Shown: positions 1 to 10,284 of the stretch, one piece after another
Position numbering within the stretch: position 1 is the stretch's first letter
Layout: each line of letters begins with the position of its first letter
Assembly: GCA_004764695.1 (NCBI GenBank)
Contig: SMSO01000032.1
Coordinates: forward strand, 6,170,483 to 6,234,482
Direction: 5' to 3'
DNA from: Schizochytrium sp. TIO01
Taxonomy: Eukaryota > Protista > Bigyra: Labyrinthulomycetes
DNA length: 64,000 bases
Program-made: the position numbers and the translations under genes
Notes under the pieces: generated by a model
Seen by the model: the letters and a program-made list of their open reading frames with translations, nothing else
Database searches by the model: none
Told to the model about the DNA's origin: nothing

Positions 1-60
1 GATGATCTTCCTGTGCTATCTCCGAATCACCTTGAGCGTCGTCATGACGAGCTGCACTAA
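1..60 (+). CDS. possible 3' end of a CDS entering from the left edge (...DDLPVLSPNHLERRHDELH*)
   Basis: Frame +1 is open from base 1 to TAA at 58-60, and AT-rich UTR-like DNA follows from ~200. Too short to identify; a minus-strand reading (ATG at 206) is also possible. Confidence 0.25.
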   Translation, partial: DDLPVLSPNHLERRHDELH

Positions 61-831
61 GTGTATTTCGTACCTCACATAACCTCAGGTTTTGGAGTTC
101 CTTTCAGGGTAGAAATCAAAACAGTAGTATCTTTAATGTCCGAACTGTCATCTTGTGTGGTACTGGTCTCGTCATTAGCTCTTGAAGACGTATGTTTCTT
201 GCACATTTTTTTCCTTACCTAATGAAACGGTTAAACGATGCGAAGAAATCCGTGCGTCTATAATTTCATTTCATTTATGAATTTTAAATTTTAAAATGAC
301 CTTTAAGACTGATAACTCGATTTTGTTATGTTTTTGTTTTATTTCTCTCGCAACTGTCGCGTGCTTACCATGAAATGTTCAAATATATATTAAAGTAAAC
401 GATTTATAGGTCGTAAATGTACAAAAGTGATAAAGACATTATTTGTTTATTGATGGTTTTAAAAACAGGCGAAGAAGTCGCTCCATCTCCTAAAATAATG
501 ACAATCTGTCTACAAGAAAGGAAAGCATGTTGTGATGTGCAGCTCGATTTTATATATCTATATTTTTTTTAAGATTGCTTTTTTATTTATTTTTTCTCCA
601 GGAAATTGAAACAGCTGCTGCTTTGGAAAATGAGGAAATAGAAAATGAGATTTATATAGCTTTGGATACTAGTCGATAGAGAATCATGAAGTCTATGAAG
701 GTTTAGAAAATCACGCATTTAACAACTTATACATGTTTTCCGGTTTGAAATCATGATAATGTAATTATTACAAAATAAAACTCTACAAAGAGAAAACAAC
801 AGTTTATATAATATCTTATTAAACAAATGAA

Positions 832-2067
832 TTACATGACTTCTAGCGTGTACGTCGGTACATTATGAGAAGATAATCTTTTAGGTATGCGTGCATCATT
901 CGTCAATGTAACAGCACGGGTAGTGTGGTTCCATGTCATATGGACAAACTGACTTGGCCTAAGCTTTCCTTTCGGTGGATGCAAAACCATAAGTACCTCT
1001 GATGGATCTATAGTGGTTGCGTTAGAGTGATTTCGATTCGATTCCTGCTGTTCGAAGGAGAGTAACCAAGGGTAATTTGGCACTATCTTGAAAGAATAGG
1101 AAGCTCCTGCTCGAAGTGTGTTGAGCAAACAAACTGTGCCAGACGCGTCTACCAATTGCAAGTGAATATTTCCTTTTACAAGCCTATTCATCACAAGCAC
1201 GTTATATTGGAAGCAGGTTTCTGAAACTGGGGCACGGACATTTGGGCCGACTGTTGGGGCCCAGCTTCCACTCGAAAGTCTTGGAGAAATAACAAATGTT
1301 GCCAACTGACCAATGCTGAAATTAGGTAAGAATCGTTGCTGAGGTTGTATTTCCTTGAGATACATGCGGTTCGATTTGGTAAACACTGTGCACGGAGTTG
1401 TAGTTGACGCGTTTAGAATCTGAACCGGCTGCTGAGAAGATTGCGAATGTTGCTGCTGCTGTGGAAGACAACCAGCTTGATGAGCTTTACTTTCTGCACC
1501 TTCCCTCTCACCACCACCACCACCAGTAGTAGCATCACCAGCAGTATCTCGGGGTGAGAAGTGAGAAGGTGCGTGCTTCTTCCTGCCAGATGGTGCGGAG
1601 TCACATAGTATATGTGAAGGTCGTGGAGTGCGTTTATGTATAAAGTTATTAGCAGATAGTTCTTCGGGCTCAGTCTGATCGATATCAAAGCCTTGAATAC
1701 TGCCCCTTGGGGAATGCTTCCTGGCTCGAAAGGCTAGCATAAGAGGTGACAGCCCTAATTTCCCTCCGTATAGACTTGTTGGGGGTTTAAAGACTTCCGC
1801 ACTAGCAATAACATCTTGACTGATCGGATGGTGTTTGCTTTCATCTTCGTCGCGTTGTGCATGGTGGGAAAGCAAAAGATGCTCCGCTTTGCCAGATAAT
1901 CTTGGAGCAGCTCTAAACTTTTCCGCAAGTACTTTCGCCGTAGCTACATCCACTATCTCAAGGGATGCGTTTAGATCATCTCTTTGATTAAGTCTCTTTC
2001 TTCGCTCACGAGCAAGGGCCTCTGCTCGTGCCCGGTCCGGGTCGAAAGGTGGGAGGAGGTTTTCCAT
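832..2067 (-). CDS. hypothetical protein, 411 aa; low-complexity N-terminal region and a possible VHL beta-domain-like C-terminal region
   Basis: Long ATG-initiated ORF flanked by AT-rich DNA. The segment NVLVMNRLVKGNIHLQLVDASGTVCLLNTLRAGASYSFKIVPNYPWLL follows the VHL-beta pattern N..hD..G....TL..G......PWh. Confidence 0.8.
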   Translation of the reverse strand: MENLLPPFDPDRARAEALARERRKRLNQRDDLNASLEIVDVATAKVLAEKFRAAPRLSGKAEHLLLSHHAQRDEDESKHHPISQDVIASAEVFKPPTSLYGGKLGLSPLMLAFRARKHSPRGSIQGFDIDQTEPEELSANNFIHKRTPRPSHILCDSAPSGRKKHAPSHFSPRDTAGDATTGGGGGEREGAESKAHQAGCLPQQQQHSQSSQQPVQILNASTTTPCTVFTKSNRMYLKEIQPQQRFLPNFSIGQLATFVISPRLSSGSWAPTVGPNVRAPVSETCFQYNVLVMNRLVKGNIHLQLVDASGTVCLLNTLRAGASYSFKIVPNYPWLLSFEQQESNRNHSNATTIDPSEVLMVLHPPKGKLRPSQFVHMTWNHTTRAVTLTNDARIPKRLSSHNVPTYTLEVM

Positions 2068-2369
2068 CCTCGTTTAACATTCGATGACTTCTATACCCAG
2101 TCTTCAAAAGTCAGGCGATGATGAGGATGGGGACGAAGAAAGCATCGATTGATATGGTCTCAGTCATGACATTGTGCCATTCGAGCCTTGAGCAGAATAA
2201 ACCACACACCCTTTGGTGAATTATATCGTTCTCATTGGAAACAATAAATATAAAGGCCTATATACATATAATTCAATTTCGCGTCAAAGCAGCTTGCTCT
2301 AGTTCACTAGCTAGTTACCTAGGTCTGTACTGCATACAATGATTTCAAAAGGAAACTATCCGTTGTAAC

Positions 2370-2580
2370 TCATGATATTCTAGATGGTACACACTTTGTA
2401 TTAGAACTGCCAAGATTGCGCCATGGTTTTGGGAGATGACGACGACGACAAAGAGCCCAGCTTCCAAAAAGAGCGGAGGCAGTTCTGCTCCGCTGTTGTA
2501 AATTTTTGATGCGCTTCTTGTCTACCGTGCTCGAATGAGTAATAATTAGCGTGTCCAGTAGGTACTGCTCTTCTTTCATT
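2370..2580 (-). mobile_element. degenerate RTE-like non-LTR retrotransposon fragment (C-terminal end of RT)
   Basis: QYLLDTLIITHSSTVDKKRIKNLQQRSRTASALFGS resembles the RTE consensus F.YLGS.I....S+D.EI..RI.KA..AFG.L. Confidence 0.45.
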
Positions 2581-4713
2581 TGTCAGAGAATCTGCCGGAA
2601 ATTGGGTGGCTACAATCGCATCGTAAATAAAACAGAAACACAGGTTCTGTTGATCTCAGCTAAAGTAATTTTCCTGAAATAAACGGGCTCCCAGTTCTTT
2701 GTTCAAAAATGAACATAAATATCTACCTAGCTACCTGCTCACGCATTCAGGGTATCTAAGTATCTATCTACTATTATTATGCAAAGGGCTAGCTAGCTAC
2801 CTCTTATGAATAGAAAGTCTGGGTTCTTCGTTCTTGGATTTTGAAAGTTTACTTACTACCTACGAGCCTGGCACTAATTGAAGGAAGCCACAGCTGGGGC
2901 ATGGATGTGCCTGTTGAGGTCTGGACCGTGTCGCGTCGGCCATCGGACGGCTCGAGTCTGGTGAGTGGCGGAGAAATATGGAGAACAACCCTTTAAAAGG
3001 TATCAATGTAGATATTCACGAGTCTACTCTGAGGCTAGGATAGGAGGATCTGCAGAAGCCATGCACAAGGGTGAATTTTCTCGCCGAGCTTTCTTGCAAT
3101 TTACAAAGGGCTTGTTGCTTGTAAGAAGTTCATATTCAAAATCAAATGTTGTGTTGCATTGGTGTTTCAAAGAAACAACTTCTCTGATAAAAGTACATAC
3201 GTTGTTAAAGATAGCAAAGGTTTGCAAAAAGCCACTCTTAAAACGATGGTGAGCGCAAGCTACTAGGCCAGAGTTTTCGAAGAGAAGCACATATTTGGAA
3301 AGAATATTTATTCAATCAATATGGAACTTGAATAGGTTGCAACGTCTCAGCGATGTGTATAATTTTCGTTTGACAATACTACATTTCTTTTTTAAAGACA
3401 AAAGAAAAAAGGAAGGATTCTCATATGAATTGACAGAACCTCTTCGCGGATTCCTGCGATCAAACCTCGAGCTTGAAATCATCCTGATCAATAACCTACA
3501 CCTGGCCTCTCTCAAACATGCCATAGATAAAACATTATGCAAAACAACGTGGTCCATGGCATTACGTGCTTGTGAACTTCTACAGTGTTATCCATGCTAT
3601 TCCTAGCAACGCGTAGCACTTCTGTGCCTTGTAGACAACTCAAATAACCTAGTTTTACTCACCGATATCCTCTCCTGTCTTTGGATAGAATGATGTCGTG
3701 TGCAAATTTTCCTCCACGACTGGCTGTCTGTCCTCCAGCGCCTTCCTATTTTTATCTTTTCTTTTTACGTTTTTATAAATCAGTGATTCAAACATATAAT
3801 AACTTGAAAGAACCGCCCGCCATATCTACCTACTACTTCTAAATAATTAGGAAAATCAATCTTTTTTTCTTCTATAAGTTGAAAGTTCTTTTTAGTCACG
3901 AAAAGCCCGGCTACGGACCTCAGCTCGATTTGCTACCACCATGTTTTTCTGCTAAGTTTTCTCTTCCTGCTCAAGAACCTTCGTGCTGCTTCAGGGGGGC
4001 TTTCTCGCAATTGTTTGGATTTCTTGGGCCGCCGGCCGACGAATCAACCGTACTGATGACGCGGATTATGACGTGCTGCCGTAATACCGCCGAGCCCGTA
4101 TGCGGCGTGTGGGAACGTGCTTTCTTTCAGTGCCATATACATTACAAAAAATGAAAAATGAAAAACAATTAGGAAGTGCTGAAGAAGAAGGCCTTTTCTA
4201 AAAACTAAAAAGAACTGGAATCCTCAATCTCGCCGCAACAGCTCGCTAGGTGCCTGGAGCAGTTTGACGTCAACAGGAGACATGCTCTGGAGATGAAAAG
4301 CAGATCACCAGCTCTGCTAGCTTTTGCATTATTTTCTACAGAATATTAGCAACTTGAGGGACCGAACTTGGATGAAATAGCTGTAAATTTGGAGGAGTAC
4401 GGTGTCGATAATGCATAGATGCTGTGAGAGTCTCCGTCATTGTGGCTGCGGCGTTCCACGGGTGCAACCCGCTACAGAGCCGCCCTGGTAGAGTGTTGAG
4501 CAGACAATAATTCTTGGGTACTGTCGTTGATGATTTTAACGCAGAGGTGAGTCTTTGCCACTAACACCGGGCAAGACACCAAGTTGTTATTGGGTATCTT
4601 TGTTCTACTTGTGTTATTTATTTCTCTTATGTCCAAATCTGATTCATTCATCTGCTGCTACGTACGAATAGGTAGGTTTTCTTCTTTAAATAAAGTTTAA
4701 CTTAGTTGTGCAA

Positions 4714-4757
4714 GCTTGCTCGCTCACCCACTCGCTCGCTCGCTCGCTCGCTCACTC
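4714..4757. repeat. (GCTC)n/(ACTC)n tetranucleotide microsatellite
   Basis: gcttgctcgctcacccactcgctcgctcgctcgctcgctcactc. Confidence 0.9.
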
Positions 4758-5581
4758 GCGGATGCGAGACGGCACTTTTTCTGTAGTTCTTTGCATCATC
4801 ATCATGTCATTGCACATTGACACTGATGAGTCATAACTCATGGCAACAGTGCTCGTTTTAAGTTGTTAGAGGAGGGGAGATGATGATGCCAGCAAAAAGC
4901 CATTTGTGGGTAGTCGTAGTAGTTGACGGCGAATTCCAGTTCCACTTTGCAGTGGGTAGGCATGTACCTAAAACTAGTAGCAATAATTCAAGTTGAGTAG
5001 TCGAGTTTGGTATTTCGCATAAGGATTTCTAGCCGCATCACGATTCATTCATTTGCTGCAGTTGCCAGTGCCCTACCACCTGGCGCTCAGAGCTCTTGAA
5101 CATCGTTATCATTACTCGTATGTCTTTACAAAATGCGTCATGAAATCGTGATTCGATTTGGCGTCTGAGCAGGCTTCTTTCTACATTGCACTAAATAACA
5201 AGCACTTTGACCTCCATCTATAAAGGAAGGCTAACTGCCAGTGATCATCGCTGGATGCTCCAAATAACTTTGGAGATTGATTGCACCATCTTCGATGGAT
5301 GATGAAGCCATCATCTGCACTGTTTCTGCCAAAAGGACACCTTCGCGCTTCCTAGTCAAGCCCTACCATTAACTATAAGACTTCCCCATCGTCAAAGCGA
5401 ACTACCTGTGCAAGCTAACATCTGCGTCGCCCAGTTGTGAGTTACTGCCAGATCATACTTGCTGACTAAAAGTATGATGCCATCAAGTTGATGTTGAACT
5501 AAGACCCCGTTCGTAAGCTCCCGTGTGCCATCTTGGAAGTAGCTCGGCCTCCTCTTATCTTGGTCTACGGAGCACAACTAA

Positions 5582-5616
5582 CTAGCTAGCTAGCTCTAGC
5601 TAGCTAGAGCTAGCTA
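5582..5616. repeat. (CTAG)n tract containing a perfect 30-bp palindrome (5587-5616)
   Basis: TAGCTAGCTCTAGCTAGCTAGAGCTAGCTA equals its own reverse complement. Confidence 0.95.
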
Positions 5617-5800
5617 CGTACGCCAACTGGTGTTGAGCCAAATTCATCGAGCTAGCTCTCCGACCAAAACAAAGGCGGTCTTTGGCATTATTGATGTCAG
5701 CATTGGCATCGATCGACTAGGATCAGCACCACTTAACTCCTGCTGCACCGTCAGTTTGCACTGCCAAGTATTGGTGTACATTATGATGAATGATTCTATC

Positions 5801-5849
5801 ATGAGTTTTGATGATGAGTTTTGATGATGAGTTTTGATGATGAGTTTTG
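5801..5849. repeat. 13-bp tandem repeat ATGAGTTTTGATG, ~3.8 copies
   Basis: Read directly from the sequence. Confidence 0.95.
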
Positions 5850-6454
5850 TTGAGTTTGCCAGGTTGAAGAACCACGTTTGCTTTGGCTGCCTTGCGCCAA
5901 CTTTTGATTGTACTCAGCTATCCTGGTTTCATTCACTGTGCCCAAAATTGCAGCCAATTATCCGTGGCCATCGAGGACATTTTCGAGTTTGCCACCATCT
6001 CTGAATAAACCTTTCGCTGCTATTTTAACTCGAGCTATTGCACAGAATCGCATACGACAAAAACGCAGCTGGCATCAATTTAGTAAGCAGGATTAATCTG
6101 CATAATTTACTTGCTTCAAGTTGGCCAAGATTTGCACAACATTCTTCAAGCTACGGCGAGCATCGCAGCCTTCTTCTTCGAGCTGCTCCAGGTTTTATGT
6201 TCATAAGTGAGTCCGCATACGAGCGGGTCGACCTCTTGGAGGCCATGCGGGTGTTCTCGCTGTCGATGCCCATGGCAGTGGCCTCCTTCGAAAAGCCCGG
6301 CCATGAAGGCAATCAATCACCTTCGTGGCAATCTACGATGATCTATTTCTATTTCATCAACAAATTCGCACAAAAGCCCTTCAATCGCACTGTTATTGAT
6401 ATAGATCAATTAACTGTTTCCAATTAGAGAAAAGCAAAAGATTGAAGAGCAAAA

Positions 6455-6540
6455 ATGAGTGAATGAGTGAATGAATGAATGAATGAATGAATGAATGAAT
6501 GAATGAATGAATGAATGAATGAATGAATGAATGAACGAAT
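6455..6540. repeat. (GAAT)n microsatellite with GAGT/GAAC variants
   Basis: About 20 tetramer units read directly. Confidence 0.97.
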
Positions 6541-6893
6541 AAGCTAAACGCGGAGACCAACCTGAGCGAGGATATACGTGACATTCTGCGTACCGGTGGC
6601 TCTCCGCGCTGGCCAGGCCGTCGCAGGCAGCGTGGCGGGGGGCGCCGGCAGATCTTCTCGGCCCCAGCTTGGCTGCTCGGCTCGGCTGCCGCAAGGGGCT
6701 GAGGGCCACGTCAATGGCAGCGCTGTCGATGTAATGCCAAAAGAATCGAATCATAGATAGATAGATAAAGTATCTGCACTTTAGAAGAAAGAGTTGTTCT
6801 ACACCCCTAATTAGAGCAAAGCAGAGCAGAAGGAAAGAAAAAAAGAGAGTAAGACGCTGGTACTTTATAGACTGACGCCTAACGATTTCCTTT

Positions 6894-6962
6894 TAATGAA
6901 TTATAAAATGAATTATGAAATGAATTTAGAAATGAATTATGAAATGAATTATGAAATGAATT
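6894..6962. repeat. 12-bp tandem repeat (AATGAATTATGA), ~5.5 imperfect copies
   Basis: Read directly from the sequence. Confidence 0.9.
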
Positions 6963-8920
6963 AAAGTTGTTCAAAAAGAAAAGAAGAAGAAGAAGAAAGT
7001 AAAAGCATTTCACTGCACTGCACTGCATAAATAGTATCGTGGCCTTTGGAGTTGGAGGCTTTTGTTTAGAGATAAAACAAACATCTTTGCTATTCTTCAG
7101 GTTCGCCGCCGATCGAATGGTTTTTGTAGAAAGTTCATTGCACAATCTGGTCATACTTTATCTATGAGAACCGGACACGAGCGATTACCCTTCGACCTCT
7201 TCAGGGTATCAAGCGCTCGCTCTGTAGATGATGTATATATATATATACCCACCTGGTTGGGATTCGGAACAGTCCTGAACACTATAGATACCTAGCGTAG
7301 ACTTTGAGTGAGTTAATCGTGCTCTAAGGATGGTGAAAACTTATACAACGTGGGATTTCGATGATGATTGTGCTGTTTCGACTGCTTCTTCGAAAAGAAA
7401 CCTGCGGATGGAAGGCAGGCTTGGCCCATTCTGGCATGCAGTAGCAGATATCTTCTCTGCCGAAGAGACCCTTCTCTTCAGCACACTATTCTCTGTCCTT
7501 GGATTCTTTTGGCACCTGTTCAAGATTGAATGATTGATTGATTGATTGATTGTTTGCACATAAAAATTGCCCGAAGAACTAAAAGGAATACCAAAGGAGG
7601 TCACCCATCCTACGCCCGTTTCTCCCTCTGCCACTCTGGGGTAACGTGCATGCACAGGAGGTCTTTGAGTTCGAGGCCTTGGGTGGGCAAGCGCATCCAT
7701 CGTCAGATCTTAATACCACTCAGGGCTCAACCTCAACGCCCCGAACGAGCTTGCAGCCTACACACGCATGTCTCCACCACAAACATCAAACGTGGTAATG
7801 GAGAAAGAAACCTTAGCTCTACAAAACAGTGATAACTTTCAACTTTTTACTCTTCACTTTAGAAAAAAAAAAAAACTTAAAAAAAAAACAAAACGTTTCT
7901 AACTATAAAACAAAAATGAAAGTATAAAAAGGAGTGGTAGCGTTTGTATGGTACTAACAGTAGGACTTTTAAGGAAGCGGTGCCGATAAACGGGAATCGC
8001 GTGGACCCATAGGACTGCTTAGGAGAACTAAGTAGATCATCTCCCCCGTGCATATCGAACGAACCCGTGTGATTTAATCACCGATGATGATTGCCTTTGG
8101 CCTTTATTTCTTGAAGGTGCAGCCTTGTCTTAGGCGGGTTTTGAGTTGCTGCAGCTGCCATGTAAAGACTGATGGCGCTTTGGATCAGGGACCTCGTTAG
8201 TTGCTCATTGGTTGGCCATTTGCCCATGCAGGTTGACGAAGTTGAGAGTTGTTATTCTGATCTTGTTCTGAGTCCTCAAAGTATTTAAAAGAAAAGATTT
8301 TGAGCGAAAAAATAAATCAAACAACTTGAACTTTCAAGAAACAAAAAAGCACAGCAAAAGAAAAAAATATTGCAGCGGAAGATCAGAATCAGGATCAGAT
8401 CAAGATCTATCTATCTCCACCATGATTGTGTGCGTAGCATATGAAGCAACCCGAAGAGCGTGGCCGTCACAACCAGCGAGGTGTTTTCTTTTAAATCTAC
8501 TTTGAAAGGAGGGAGACGTAGGTAAGTCGTTCGTTCAATGATTGTTCAAGAACTTGAAACAAAAGTTCATCGTTGGTTGCTTTTGTTAGAACTCTTCGCT
8601 CAGTCTCATGTCCAAAGGAGAAGAGAATCACAGATATTCCAACCCTCCGAAACCTCCAATTCCTCATCACACGACTTGAACAGGTAGTAGGTACTAGATA
8701 CTAGGTAGCAGAAGAAGTGATGCCCATTCTGAAAACCAGTAGGTACCGAGGTTGTGAATTGGCAGCACCACAGACCGCCTCTGATTTGTAAGCGCTAGTT
8801 TTGTAAGCGCTAGTTTTGCAGAGGAAGACAACAGGAATTAAAAATAATTATATCTAGGCCTAACTTAAAAAAATAAAAAATTGATCCTCTGAGAGCATCA
8901 TAATAAGGTAAGACCAACTT

Positions 8921-8950
8921 ACAGAATAACAGAATAACAGAATAACAGAA
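8921..8950. repeat. 8-bp tandem repeat (ACAGAATA)x3.7 upstream of the thiolase
   Basis: acagaataacagaataacagaataacagaa. Confidence 0.9.
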
Positions 8951-9093
8951 CGCGAGAGAGCATAAATAATCCTGAAGCAAATCCAAACAAAGCACCCTCT
9001 CCTGCAGCCGCAGCAAACCCGCATCTCCAGCCTCGAGCAAAAGTTAGCAGCAAGAGTTTTAGCTAGTCAGTCAACAAGCAAGCAATCTTCAAG

Positions 9094-10284
9094 ATGCCCG
9101 GCAAGGAAGCAGTCATTGTGGCGGCATGCCGTACCGCCATTGGCAACTTCGGCGGTGCCCTCGGCGGTGTCGGTGCCCCCACTCTTGGTGCCACCGTGAT
9201 CCGCGAGGCTCTTGCCCGCGCCAAGATCGACGGCTCTGCTGTGGACGAGGTCATCATGGGCCACGTTCTCCAGGCCGGCGTTGGCCAGAACTCTGCTCGC
9301 CAGGCCGCTCTCGCCGCCGGTCTCGGTATCTCCGTGCCCTCTATGGCCATCAACAAGGTCTGTGGCAGTGGTCTCAAGTCCGTCATGCTTGCCGCCCAGT
9401 CTGTGCAGCTCGGCCTTGCTGATGTCGTTGTTGCCGGTGGTATGGAGAACATGAGCCAGAGCCCTCACATTCTCCCCAACAGCCGCAACGGCCAGCGTAT
9501 GGGCCCCTGGGCGCTTCAGGACACCATGATCACTGATGGTCTCACCTGCGCCATGAACAATTACCACATGGGCATCACCGCCGAGAACATCGCGGAGAAG
9601 TACGGCATCACCCGCGAGGACCAGGACGCCTTCGCCGCCACTAGCCAGAACCGCGCCGAGAAGGCCCAGGCTGCCGGCCTCTTCGAGCAGGAGATCGTAC
9701 CTGTCAGCATTCCCCAGCGCCGCGGAGACCCTGTGATCTTCGACAAGGATGAGTTCATCAAGGCTGGTGCCACCGCTGCTGGCCTTGGCAAGCTCCGCCC
9801 GGCCTTCAAGAAGGACGGTACCGTGACTGCCGGTAACGCTTCTGGCATTAACGATGGTGCTGCTGCTCTTGTCATCACCTCTGCTGAGGCTGCTGAGAAG
9901 ATGGGAGCCCCCATCCTTGCCCGCATCGTCAGCTACGCTTCTGCCGGTGTCGACCCCAGCATCATGGGTATGGGCCCCGTCCCTGCCACCCAGCTTGCCC
10001 TCGCTCGCGCCGGATGGACCATCAACGACCTCGACCGTATTGAGGCCAACGAGGCTTTCGCCGCCCAGAGTCTCGGTGTCTGCAAGGAGCTCGGCTTTGA
10101 CCCCAGCAAGGTCAACGTCAACGGTGGTGCCATCGCTCTCGGCCACCCCATCGGTGCCAGTGGTGCCCGTGTTCTCGTTACCCTCATCCACACCCTCCTC
10201 CGTGAGGACTCCTGCAAGAAGGGTCTCGCTACCCTCTGCATTGGTGGTGGCCAGGGTGTCGCTCTTGCCATCGAGAAGCCCTAA
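9094..10284 (+). CDS. acetyl-CoA C-acetyltransferase (biosynthetic thiolase II, PhaA/AtoB/ACAT2-like), probably cytosolic
   Basis: Catalytic motifs [19 protein letters not shown] and CIGGGQG. No N-terminal transit peptide and no PTS1 (ends IEKP). Very strong codon bias. Confidence 0.98.
   Translation: MPGKEAVIVAACRTAIGNFGGALGGVGAPTLGATVIREALARAKIDGSAVDEVIMGHVLQAGVGQNSARQAALAAGLGISVPSMAINKVCGSGLKSVMLAAQSVQLGLADVVVAGGMENMSQSPHILPNSRNGQRMGPWALQDTMITDGLTCAMNNYHMGITAENIAEKYGITREDQDAFAATSQNRAEKAQAAGLFEQEIVPVSIPQRRGDPVIFDKDEFIKAGATAAGLGKLRPAFKKDGTVTAGNASGINDGAAALVITSAEAAEKMGAPILARIVSYASAGVDPSIMGMGPVPATQLALARAGWTINDLDRIEANEAFAAQSLGVCKELGFDPSKVNVNGGAIALGHPIGASGARVLVTLIHTLLREDSCKKGLATLCIGGGQGVALAIEKP

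Larger units (their letters stand above)
6180..7800 (+). mobile_element. degenerate L1/Tx1-like LINE ORF2 relic (RT and post-RT region) broken by microsatellites
   Basis: Ordered motif relics: GFMFISESAYERVDLLEAMRVFS (~6190-6260; cf. D.EKAYDRV....L..M..FG), WLLGSAA (~6670; YLG region), PTWLGFG (~7248-7268; cf. P...GGLG), PFWHAVAD (~7425) and LPLWGN (~7627). Nucleotide similarity to the relic at 62.05-62.75 kb. Confidence 0.55.

Noticed and set aside
6578-6760. GSAVDVM resembles thiolase GSAVDEVIM, suggesting a thiolase pseudogene
   Set aside because: Only a 5-residue match; another frame fits the LINE relic and matches the 62-kb copy better.
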